Below are positions 9,573 through 17,940 of a stretch of 58,392 bases of DNA, in pieces. Each line of letters begins with the position of its first letter. The first letter of the stretch is position 1. A program made the position numbers and the translations under genes. Location of the stretch: the IMG/VR virus record IMGVR_UViG_3300020045_012203, positions 1 to 58,392 of that record, one strand, 5' to 3'. The notes under the pieces are model-generated. The model searched no databases. It saw only the letters and a list, made by a program, of their open reading frames with translations, and was not told the origin of the DNA. This DNA is from a virus. Lineage: Duplodnaviria; Caudoviricetes.

Positions 9573-9770
9573 ATGACCGTAACAGAACCACAGGTAGCAG
9601 ACAATGGTAGATATACTGTAACTCAGGCCGCGAAAGCCCTAGAAGTATCAACCAAGACAATTAATCGCCGGACTGATTCAAGAGACTTAAAATGCAAAAT
9701 TCACAAGGCAACAGGCAAAAAACTTTACTCAGGATCAGAACTGAAGAAGTTCTGGAGATCCAATTATTAG
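9573..9770 (+). CDS. Excisionase-like HTH protein
   Basis: YTVTQAAKALEVSTKTINR winged-HTH pattern. Confidence 0.65.
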   Translation: MTVTEPQVADNGRYTVTQAAKALEVSTKTINRRTDSRDLKCKIHKATGKKLYSGSELKKFWRSNY

Positions 9771-9826
9771 CACTTGTTTTTATTGATTGAATTTTCCTTG
9801 TTCCGGGGTGATTGCCGGGATGAGAT

Positions 9827-9871
9827 CGGGGGATGCTGGCTCTAAAGGTTCGATTCCTTTTCCCCTGACAA
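9827..9871 (+). ncRNA. tRNA-like minihelix (acceptor stem plus T arm only)
   Basis: CGGGGGA/TCCCCTG 7 bp; AAAGG-TTCGATT-CCTTT; 10-nt linker; 3' ACAA. Confidence 0.5.
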
Positions 9872-10462
9872 TACAAATTTTACTGAAAATACAAACGGTT
9901 GCTCAATAACCAGAAAGCAAAAGAAACCAAGATCCGGCTGAGACAAACAGCATAAACACCCCGAAAGAGCGAAAGAGCGCGATGAAAAGTAGGGAACAAA
10001 AACAAAAACATTCTCCTGAAACTCAGTTCGGCTGGTTACTCATGGGAGATTAATAATATGAAAATATTTAGACATGATATAAGCCCTCATGACTTTAGAG
10101 ATGCGGTGATGGTTTTCGAACCTGAGCAAGAGCGCTAACTCCAGAAAGGCACGATGTATAAATTTTTTCAGGGTGTAACTTCTTGATCGGAGTTACACTC
10201 ACAACCCAAAGGTCAGCAAGCAACACCGTAGCAATACGGTTCTTTCTTCGGAAAGATTGACACTCTGTTCATCAAGTGTTGGACAGATAGCTTCGAATCA
10301 AGAGTAGTGGTAAGATTCTCAGCGAAACGGTAGCCATTACAAACAGGCCGGTGTACCTTGATCGGTTATCCGGCCACGATAGATAGTTACAGAGGTGCTA
10401 TCTGTTTCTCGTTAGCGCGAGGCTTTATTTGAAATCGATGACAATCGGGAAAGACTGATGAT

Positions 10463-10520
10463 GGGGTGTACTCAGGGCAATTGCGCCTGATTGTTTGGTT
10501 CGTGACCATACGCTCCACAA
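10463..10520 (+). ncRNA. D-armless tRNA-Ala-like element
   Basis: GGGGTGT/ACGCTCC with G3:U70; TCAGG/CCTGA stem enclosing TTGC; short T arm TGG-TTCGTGA-CCA; 3' ACAA. Confidence 0.45.
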
Positions 10521-10786
10521 TGTTCGTTGAAACTATTTTGAAACTATTAAGACGTGGGTTCGACTCCCACCACCTCCACCCAATTCGCCAATTGGAAAAT
10601 TCAGGTGACCGAATACTGACATTAAGTTGGGTGTGAAAATCGGTTAGTGGCTACATCGTACAGCCTGAATTTTTAAAACTTTCGGGGGTGTCTGGTTTTG
10701 ATTAGCAGATAGTATGGATAGCGGAGAACATTAAAGCCATAACAGGCAACGAATACCAAATGAAAGCAGCGGCTTAGAGTTGTTGC
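10521..10786 (+). ncRNA. ssrA: Circularly permuted (two-piece) tmRNA: acceptor piece ~10521-10580, coding piece from 10684
   Basis: GAC-GTGGG-TTCGACT-CCCAC-CACCTCC-ACC precedes GGGGGTG-TCTGGTTTTGA; 7-bp acceptor with G3:U70; P2 complementarity between the pieces; tag ORF GNEYQMKAAA* at 10745-10777. Confidence 0.85.
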
Positions 10787-10893
10787 GATCAAAGTAGGCG
10801 AACCTATACTTTAAATGGGTCCTATTAGTCTCTGAAGAAAAGGGAACACTTTCGGTGTAATGATAACCGATGGCAGCCGGAAAGACGGCAAAT

Positions 10894-10967
<74 letters not shown>

Positions 10968-11041
10968 CAATGCGTTTAGAAAGTTTCTCACGGCTAGTGA
11001 AGTATTCGGTTAACCAGACCGACTTCGCTTGTTTTTTCTAT

Positions 11042-11070
11042 GCCGGAGGATTAAGTTTCTCCGGCTATTT
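11042..11070 (+). terminator. Terminator closing the RNA island
   Basis: GCCGGAGGA-TTAAG-TTTCTCCGGC-TATTTT. Confidence 0.55.
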
Positions 11071-11081
11071 TATATAGATAC

Positions 11082-11099
11082 TGAACCTATTTGAAACTT
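11082..11099 (+). repeat. Left boundary motif TGAACCTATTTGAAACTT (copy 1)
   Basis: Exact 18-nt copy at 22695-22712. Confidence 0.85.
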
Positions 11100-11114
11100 C
11101 AAACATAATTTTAT

Positions 11115-12104
11115 ATGAAAGTAATTGTAACTTTTTCGGGTGGTAAAGATTCAATCGCTGCCTTGCTTTGGGTTAAAAACAACATGACAAAGAAGTTCAC
11201 AACTGTTTTTTGTGACACTGGATGGGAGTCTGAAATTACCTATAAATATATTCAGGAAGTAAACGAACAGCTTGGATTAAACCTGATCACTTTAAAGAGT
11301 AAAAAGTATGATGGAATGATTGATCTGGCTGAAAAGAAAGGCCGTTTCCCTTCAACTAAAGCACGTTTCTGTACTGAGGAATTGAAGTCAAAACCGATGG
11401 TTGATTATTTGCTTGATGAAGTGAAAGAACATTGTTTAGTTATTCAGGGAATACGTGGCGATGAAAGTTCAGCCAGAGCCTTAATGAATAAGCAATGTAG
11501 GTATTTCAAGTATTATTTTGAACCGTATCAGACAAATACACTGATAGTTGAAAGGCTTTCTAAGATTCCTGTTTTATCGCTTTCTCAAAAGGTGAATCTT
11601 AAAACTGCTCAGGATCGGCTTGCAAAAGGAAAGAACGATGAAAAGTTTCATACATACCGGAAGAAAGAAGTAATTCAATTTTGCGAAAAATATATGGATG
11701 ATCTTTTAAGACCTGTATTTGAATGGTCTGGTCAGGACGTAATTGACTATTCAATTCTTAACGGAATACAGCCAAATCCTTTGTATTCAAAAGGAATGAG
11801 CCGTGTGGGTTGCTTTCCTTGTATCATGTGTAATCAGGGTGAAATCTTATCGCTTATAAATCATTTTCCTGAACGGTTAAAGGAGATTCAGGCCATAGAA
11901 GAAAGACTTGGATCAACATTCTTTAAGCCAAATTATATTCCCGAACGATTCAGAACCGGAATCATAGTAAACAAGAAAGGAAAGACGGTCAGATTTTCAA
12001 GGGCAATTGATGTAGAGAACTACGTTAAGTCAAAAAATGCCACGCTTGATATGTTTGATCCTGAACCTACAAGTTGCATGAGTTTTTACGGAACTTGTGA
12101 ATAG
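11115..12104 (+). CDS. PAPS reductase-family (PP-loop) protein
   Basis: FSGGKDS, CDTGWE, RFCTEELK, QGIRGDES..R and RVGCFPC motifs. Confidence 0.9.
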   Translation: MKVIVTFSGGKDSIAALLWVKNNMTKKFTTVFCDTGWESEITYKYIQEVNEQLGLNLITLKSKKYDGMIDLAEKKGRFPSTKARFCTEELKSKPMVDYLLDEVKEHCLVIQGIRGDESSARALMNKQCRYFKYYFEPYQTNTLIVERLSKIPVLSLSQKVNLKTAQDRLAKGKNDEKFHTYRKKEVIQFCEKYMDDLLRPVFEWSGQDVIDYSILNGIQPNPLYSKGMSRVGCFPCIMCNQGEILSLINHFPERLKEIQAIEERLGSTFFKPNYIPERFRTGIIVNKKGKTVRFSRAIDVENYVKSKNATLDMFDPEPTSCMSFYGTCE

Positions 12105-12111
12105 CAAAAAG

Positions 12112-12130
12112 GGTTCAACTATAGGAATTT
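12112..12130 (+). repeat. Right boundary motif GGTTCAACTATAGGAATTT (copy 1)
   Basis: Exact 19-nt copy at 23629-23647. Confidence 0.85.
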
Positions 12131-12154
12131 CATAAATAAACAAATACACAATCC

Positions 12155-12382
12155 ATGCCATCCAGAACACTACTCAAAGAAGTAAAAACAGAAACAATCC
12201 TACCTCATAAAATCATAATTACCGGAATTTACCGGGAAAAAGGAAAGTTAGTCGTTCGCAAATTCGAATTGAAAGGACTTATCCGGATTCCACTAGACGA
12301 AGAATATGTATTAAATGAAGAGGATGCAGCTATTACAATGAATATCATGTTTCACCGCACTCATAAATTTACACTTAACTAA
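12155..12382 (+). CDS. Hypothetical protein
   Basis: ORF in a tightly packed operon. Confidence 0.55.
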   Translation: MPSRTLLKEVKTETILPHKIIITGIYREKGKLVVRKFELKGLIRIPLDEEYVLNEEDAAITMNIMFHRTHKFTLN

Positions 12383-12383
12383 T

Positions 12384-12656
12384 ATGAAATCATTAAACCT
12401 ATTAATCATCATTCCGCTGATTCTTTTCAGCGTATCGGCTTTGTTTATTGCAGCCATGTTTTATTACCGGAATCTTAGACTTGAAAAAGAAAATGAACTA
12501 CTCAATGCGCAGCTTGAAAAACGAAATCTTATTTCAATCGCTCAGGGAATTGAAATTGAAATGCTCACTACTAACAAGAAAGAACTGAATCAGGAGATCA
12601 TTGATCAGATGCTTGAAGATTACGACAGGGAAGTATTAATCTCTATGGAAACTTAG
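12384..12656 (+). CDS. Hypothetical membrane-anchored coiled-coil protein
   Basis: N-terminal TM segment; operon packing. Confidence 0.55.
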   Translation: MKSLNLLIIIPLILFSVSALFIAAMFYYRNLRLEKENELLNAQLEKRNLISIAQGIEIEMLTTNKKELNQEIIDQMLEDYDREVLISMET

Positions 12657-12659
12657 AAC

Positions 12660-12893
12660 ATGAGAGCGAAAGTAAGCGAAGAAAACAAAGCTATCACAAT
12701 CCTTCGAGCTAAAGTAAAGGTTGCTGAATACCCCGAAAACATATTTAAAAACGGACTATTCAATCCTATATGTCCTTCAGGTTATAATTTTTTAACCGGA
12801 ATTACAGAACATAGGGAAAACGTACTTCCAGTAAGAATAAACTACAATTCTAATGCAAAAGTTAACGGAGCCAGATCATTTAATAACTACTGA
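12660..12893 (+). CDS. Hypothetical protein
   Basis: Operon packing. Confidence 0.55.
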   Translation: MRAKVSEENKAITILRAKVKVAEYPENIFKNGLFNPICPSGYNFLTGITEHRENVLPVRINYNSNAKVNGARSFNNY

Positions 12894-12895
12894 CC

Positions 12896-13318
12896 ATGAA
12901 ACGAGAAATATTATTTAGAGGAAAAAAAGAAAGTGATGGCGAGTGGATTTATGGTGACTTGCTATGGGAAATCCACGATAGAAAAAAGATTGATGTACCA
13001 ACAATACACAATCAGGACGCAAATGATTTAAGTGGATCATTTACAAGAATCACAGCCGAAACGGTTGGCCAATTCACTGGATTAACCGACAAAAACGGAG
13101 TCAAGATATTTGAAGATGACGTTTTAAGGTGGCCTAAATCAGAGTTTAAGTACTTAATAAAACATGAAAATGGAGCATTTATTTGCTTTCATATTGGCTT
13201 AAAAAATTGGGATGACAGCGAATTAAAATGGGGTGGTATCTGGAGGTTTGCAGAATTAGGTATGGAAACTGAAGTAATCGGCAACATTCACGAAAACCCC
13301 GAACTTTTAAAAACTTAG
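12896..13318 (+). CDS. YopX-family protein
   Basis: MKREILFRGK...WIYG...TVGQFTGLTDKNGVKIFEDD...EVIGNIHENPELL. Confidence 0.9.
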   Translation: MKREILFRGKKESDGEWIYGDLLWEIHDRKKIDVPTIHNQDANDLSGSFTRITAETVGQFTGLTDKNGVKIFEDDVLRWPKSEFKYLIKHENGAFICFHIGLKNWDDSELKWGGIWRFAELGMETEVIGNIHENPELLKT

Positions 13319-13490
13319 CCATGGATAACATTCTTCAATACTCAATAATTGGAGTAGTAATAATCTGCTCAATAGTAGGATGGAATCATACCCGAATCAG
13401 ATTTTTTAGACTTCGAAAAGAAGATCGTTACCGCGATTCAGTTGGAGCAACAAGATTAAATAGGGATTTAACCGGAAGAGGACATAAGAA

Positions 13491-13664
13491 ATGACTGAAA
13501 ACGATCAGGAATTAATCGATAAGGCATTTGAATACACCGATGGCTCAGATTGGAACATGATTGAAGAACTTTTTAATCAGGCCGAATCAGATGAAGCTTT
13601 GACAATACTTCGAAACCGTCAAAGCTATTTATATCGAAAAGAAGAAAATTTCTCAGGACTTTAA
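13491..13664 (+). CDS. Small hypothetical protein (57 aa)
   Basis: MTENDQELIDKAFE...; ATG overlaps the stop of another small ORF (13321-13494). Confidence 0.45.
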   Translation: MTENDQELIDKAFEYTDGSDWNMIEELFNQAESDEALTILRNRQSYLYRKEENFSGL

Positions 13665-13825
13665 AACCACAAATATCATCATGGAATATGTTGATTATTC
13701 AAAAAAAGAAAATCAAATAGGTTGTGGGTACTGCAAACTTGAAAAAACATGCAAGATAAGAGACCCAAAAATAAACAAGGCAAAATTAGGATGTCCAAAA
13801 TTCAAACACTTTACACATAAAAATC

Positions 13826-14806
13826 ATGGAAGACTTAGTAAAAATTGAAGAGGTTGGCGCAGAAGTAATCTACCAACAGGATCGCGCGGCTATTGATATT
13901 CAAATCAGCACCGCAAAGGCTTATCCAAGAAACATTAAAAGAGCCATTGAAAATTCAATTGCCATTGTTACGATGGATAAAGAAACAGCAGCAACGTGTA
14001 CCTACGCTGTTCCAAGGGCAGGAAAGGCAATAACAGGTCCATCCGTTCACCTTGCTAAAATTCTGGCTCAAAATTGGGGAAACCTTAGAATTGAGGCGAA
14101 AGTAGTTGGTATCGATGCAAGACAGGTTACAAGTCAAGCTGTTTGTTTTGATCTTGAAAACAATCTTGCAATAAAGGTTGAAGTAAAGCGGTCTATTATG
14201 ACCAAATCAGGCCGAATGACTGACGATATGATCACAGTCACAGGAAATGCAGGAAACTCGATTGCGCTTCGTAATGCCGTTCTTTCGGTTATCCCAAAGG
14301 CAATAGTTGATAAGGTTTATGGAGAGGCTAAATCAAAGATTACAGGCGATGTTTCGGACAAAACAAAACTACTTGCCAGAAGGAAACAGGTTATTGACGG
14401 ACTGAAAGACACTTATTCGCTAACTGAAGCCGAAATCATTGGAGCAGTAGGGAAAGCCTCAGTTGATCACTTAACGTCGGATGATCTGGTTGTTTTAATT
14501 GGAATTGGAACCGCAATCAAAGACGGAGACACCGATATTGACACCGCTTTCAGGAGAACAAAATCGGGGGATAAAAACGAGCCTCAATTACAACGACTGA
14601 TTTTCAAAACAGAAGAAGAGGCCAGAGCCTTTTTTGTAGATGAGCAAGGATTCACCGCCGATTCTGTTGTTGGAAAATTCCTTTATTCACTTGCAAAAGA
14701 AAAAGGCTTTGAATTGATCGTTACCAACAAGCCGCCACAACAAACACCGGAAGAAAAGAAAGCCAACCTGAAGGCCGGAGCGAATCAATCACCCACCTTA
14801 ATGTAA
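13826..14806 (+). CDS. Putative ssDNA-annealing/recombination protein
   Basis: QISTAKAYPR..YAVPRAGKAITGPSVHLA..WGNL pattern of phage recombination-module proteins; lies next to the exonuclease. Confidence 0.55.
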   Translation: MEDLVKIEEVGAEVIYQQDRAAIDIQISTAKAYPRNIKRAIENSIAIVTMDKETAATCTYAVPRAGKAITGPSVHLAKILAQNWGNLRIEAKVVGIDARQVTSQAVCFDLENNLAIKVEVKRSIMTKSGRMTDDMITVTGNAGNSIALRNAVLSVIPKAIVDKVYGEAKSKITGDVSDKTKLLARRKQVIDGLKDTYSLTEAEIIGAVGKASVDHLTSDDLVVLIGIGTAIKDGDTDIDTAFRRTKSGDKNEPQLQRLIFKTEEEARAFFVDEQGFTADSVVGKFLYSLAKEKGFELIVTNKPPQQTPEEKKANLKAGANQSPTLM

Positions 14807-14809
14807 TCC

Positions 14810-16912
14810 ATGTCATACACCAAACCTTATCACAAGTTCCGCGATCAACCAAATGAAAAGATCGAGGAACTTTTCAGCAATTATCTAATCGATAGTTTAT
14901 CGTACTCAAAATTAATGTCGTTCTGCCGGAATGAGAAAGATTTTGAAATGCGATACATCTACCGGATAACAGGTAAAAGTTCCGCTACTACGGTAGCCGG
15001 AACTGCCTACCATGCCGCACTTCAGTTGTATTTCGAATGCCTGAAAGATGGGATAGTTCTTGATATTGCAGCTTTGGAAACAAGAGCATTCCAAATTATC
15101 GAAGAGGTTCCGGCTAATTTATGGAAACTTCAAAAAACCACACCAACCATTGAAGAGTCGGTAAATAAAGCCTCCAAGACGGTTTCAATGCTTTTATTGA
15201 ATTTTCTTGGCGAGATTTCAACCTATACGTCTGACATTAAAGAAATCACTGGCATTGAAATATACCTGGATGAATGGCTGAAAATAAACGGTGTTGACAT
15301 ACCGCTTCCTTTCCACATGAAAATTGACCTTGTTGTATTAACCAACGATGGGAAGCGCGTAGTTATCGACCACAAATCAAAGTCTTCCTTTTCAGATGAA
15401 AAAGAACTGGCTTTCTCTTCCGGAAAACAGGCCATTACATACGCTTTGGGTTACGAAACAGCCACCGGAAATTCAATTGATGAAGTCTGGTTTATCGAAA
15501 ACAAATTCTCACAAAATCGGGATAAGTCAGCGCAGTTGATGTGTTCAAAAATTGAACTGACAGAAGATACAAAAAGGTTATATGAGGCTATGCTTTACGA
15601 ACCAACACGTAGAGTCTTGGAGGCCATAAGCAGCCCTGATTACATCTACCTGATCAATGAGAACGACAACTTCACTGATACGGCTGAAATACATGAATTT
15701 TGGGCCCAAACAATGATAGCTGAGATTGACGCTTTTATCAATGTGCCTGAAAATAAAAAAGAATTGCTTGCGAACCGGCTTCGGAAAATTAAAGATTCTG
15801 AACTCGCGGCAGTCAATCCTAAAATCATTAAGAACTTCCGGAAACACGCTTCTGAATTTATCCAATACGACCTTAGTAATAAAGACATGAACAACGAAGA
15901 AAAAATTGAACACGTACTCCGGACCTTTGGCATAACAGTTAAGGTACAGCACATCTTTAACGGTTTTTCAAGTTCAACATTCCTGATCGAAGTGAATGCC
16001 GGAATACCTTTAGCCACCATACAGCGACACAAATTAGACCTTGCAAACGCCTTGGACGTTTCAAGCATCCGAATAATGAAAGACCTTTTTGTTTACGAAA
16101 ACAAGTCATATTTGGCCGTTGAATGTGCCAGAAAAAGGGATGCTGATTTATTATTCGATCCGCAGTATTTAAGTGGGATGCGTATTCCTTTGGGTCTTGA
16201 TAACTTCAAACGTCCGGTTGTATGGGATTTGAATAATCAGTCAACACCTCACATGCTTGTATGTGGTGCCACCGGGTCCGGAAAATCAGTTTCAATCATT
16301 TCTACCATTGAGTACGCTATTTTGGCCGGAGTTGATAAGATTGTGATTTTCGATCCTAAGTTTGAATTTAAAAACTACTCTTCGCGTCCAAACATTACCG
16401 TATTCAACGACATTGAGGATATTGAGCTTGAAATGGGTATTCTGGTTGAAGAAATGAACAAGTTGGTTAAGTCCGGAATTACAAACAGAAAAACACTTAT
16501 CGTTTTTGATGAATTTGCCGATGCTGTTTCTCAGTCAAGAGCCGGTGCCGCTTTAAAAACTTACAGCACTGTAATTACCGGAAACTACAAAGACGGTTCT
16601 CCTAAAACCAAGCGCGAATGTACCGGAACTGAAAAAAGTCTGGAAGAGAACCTGAAGATATTGCTTCAGAAAGGCCGATCTTCTGGATTCCGAATCGTAG
16701 CAGGAACACAAAGAGCTTCGACTAAAGTAATCACAGGCGATGCAAAGGTGAACTTCCCGGTCCTAATATGCTTCAGGGTTCCAAAAGATGTTGACTCAAA
16801 GGTAGTACTCGATGAGTCTGGGGCTGAAGCCTTGCAGGGAAAAGGGGACGGACTGATTAAGTCTCCTGAATATCCAGATGTTATTCGCTTCCAGGCATTT
16901 TATAAAAAGTAA
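14810..16912 (+). CDS. PD-(D/E)xK exonuclease fused to an FtsK/SpoIIIE-type ATPase
   Basis: N-terminus: LSYS..GTAYH..KIDLV..VIDHKS..Q..Y. C-terminus: STPHMLVCGATGSGKS (Walker A), IVFDEFAD (Walker B), QKGRSSG, GTQRAS, GAEALQGKGDGL. Confidence 0.85.
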   Translation: MSYTKPYHKFRDQPNEKIEELFSNYLIDSLSYSKLMSFCRNEKDFEMRYIYRITGKSSATTVAGTAYHAALQLYFECLKDGIVLDIAALETRAFQIIEEVPANLWKLQKTTPTIEESVNKASKTVSMLLLNFLGEISTYTSDIKEITGIEIYLDEWLKINGVDIPLPFHMKIDLVVLTNDGKRVVIDHKSKSSFSDEKELAFSSGKQAITYALGYETATGNSIDEVWFIENKFSQNRDKSAQLMCSKIELTEDTKRLYEAMLYEPTRRVLEAISSPDYIYLINENDNFTDTAEIHEFWAQTMIAEIDAFINVPENKKELLANRLRKIKDSELAAVNPKIIKNFRKHASEFIQYDLSNKDMNNEEKIEHVLRTFGITVKVQHIFNGFSSSTFLIEVNAGIPLATIQRHKLDLANALDVSSIRIMKDLFVYENKSYLAVECARKRDADLLFDPQYLSGMRIPLGLDNFKRPVVWDLNNQSTPHMLVCGATGSGKSVSIISTIEYAILAGVDKIVIFDPKFEFKNYSSRPNITVFNDIEDIELEMGILVEEMNKLVKSGITNRKTLIVFDEFADAVSQSRAGAALKTYSTVITGNYKDGSPKTKRECTGTEKSLEENLKILLQKGRSSGFRIVAGTQRASTKVITGDAKVNFPVLICFRVPKDVDSKVVLDESGAEALQGKGDGLIKSPEYPDVIRFQAFYKK

Positions 16913-17086
16913 ATGGAAACGAATCTTAAAAAAGCAAAAAGGCTTTTAAGAACCCATCTTTTAGAACAGGGAATACCTATACTCGAAGATGGGTTTATTA
17001 TGAAAATGCTTGAATTGGCAGCAAGGCCAGATAAAAAGCCGACCGTAAGTTTAGATTACGACGATCCTGATTTTACGGTAGGATAA
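16913..17086 (+). CDS. Small hypothetical protein (57 aa)
   Basis: ATG immediately after the upstream stop: METNLKKAKRLL... Confidence 0.45.
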   Translation: METNLKKAKRLLRTHLLEQGIPILEDGFIMKMLELAARPDKKPTVSLDYDDPDFTVG

Positions 17087-17140
17087 TCAATCGTCACTTA
17101 GACAGTCTTCAAAAATAAACACTCACCTAAATTATAAATT

Positions 17141-17674
17141 ATGCAAACATGGTTTGAAACAAAAGTCATTTACGTTAAAGTAGATGACGATGGGCGCGAA
17201 GTTAAAGTAGCTGAATCTTATCTTCTGGATGCCGTAACCTTTACCGATGCAGAAGCAAGAATGATCAAAGAACTTCAATCGATTATTCGCGGTTAATTTC
17301 TTATCGACAAAATCAGCAAGTCGCGTATTGTTGAAATCTTCCCTCACGAAGCCGGTGAATATTGGTGGAAGGGAAAAATCAGTATCGTAACCATCGATGA
17401 AAAAGCCGGAAAAGAAAAAGTGATCAATAATTTCTTTTTGGTTGCTGCCGATGATCTAGAACAGGCATTGAAGCGACTCAAGGAAGGACTTGCTTACGTT
17501 CTGGTTCCTTATTCAATCACTTCTTTAGTGTTGAGCCCAATTGTCGATGTATTTCCTTATTTCGAAGAAAACAAGGCCATTCCAAGTAATCTGAAACCGA
17601 TTGAAAAAGAATGTGTCGCTTATGATTCTGAAGAAGAAGAAAACGAAGAAGATTGCCGCAATAACCCAAATTAA
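17141..17674 (+). pseudogene. DUF4494-family protein with an in-frame TAA at 17294-17296
   Basis: MQTWFETKV...YLLDAVTFTDAEAR...IIRG*FLIDKI...IVTIDEKAGKEK continues in the same frame into ORF 17420-17674. Confidence 0.75.
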
Positions 17675-17678
17675 ATAA

Positions 17679-17727
17679 TCCGTTTCCACGGTGGAGCCTT
17701 CCGGGATCGTTACCCGGAACGGAACAA
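17679..17727 (+). ncRNA. tRNA-like minihelix
   Basis: TCCGTT/AACGGA; CCGGG-ATCGTTA-CCCGG; 3' ACAA; intergenic. Confidence 0.4.
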
Positions 17728-17748
17728 ATAATCACTTAAATCTTATTT

Positions 17749-17931
17749 ATGGACAAAATACTTCTCGAACTCAATTCGGGCAATACCGTCTTGCTTGAAA
17801 CTGAAAGACTACCTGAATTTTGGGAATACTGCATGAAGCAAAAAGACTACCATTCTTTCAGATATGAATACTCTGAAAAGCTTGTAAAAATCACTCTAAA
17901 CGGAAAAGACACAATAATCAAATCACATTAA
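17749..17931 (+). CDS. Hypothetical protein
   Basis: Operon packing. Confidence 0.5.
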   Translation: MDKILLELNSGNTVLLETERLPEFWEYCMKQKDYHSFRYEYSEKLVKITLNGKDTIIKSH

Positions 17932-17940
17932 ACTTTATTT

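Noticed and set aside
9838-9846. CTCTAAA amber-suppressor-like loop, suggesting TAG recoding
   Set aside because: It is not in an anticodon stem. TAG ends many genes directly before the next start (128, 8811, 9570), and core genes are intact in code 11.
10551-10580. tmRNA 3' end as a mere attP remnant
   Set aside because: A complementary 5' half with a tag ORF is present, and no integrase lies nearby.
10820-10890. Hammerhead ribozyme (CTGAAGA...GAAA)
   Set aside because: I could not build stems I-III around the core.
10968-11040. Theta (HDV-like) ribozyme after the tRNA
   Set aside because: Only a simple hairpin is evident; no nested double pseudoknot was recognised by eye.
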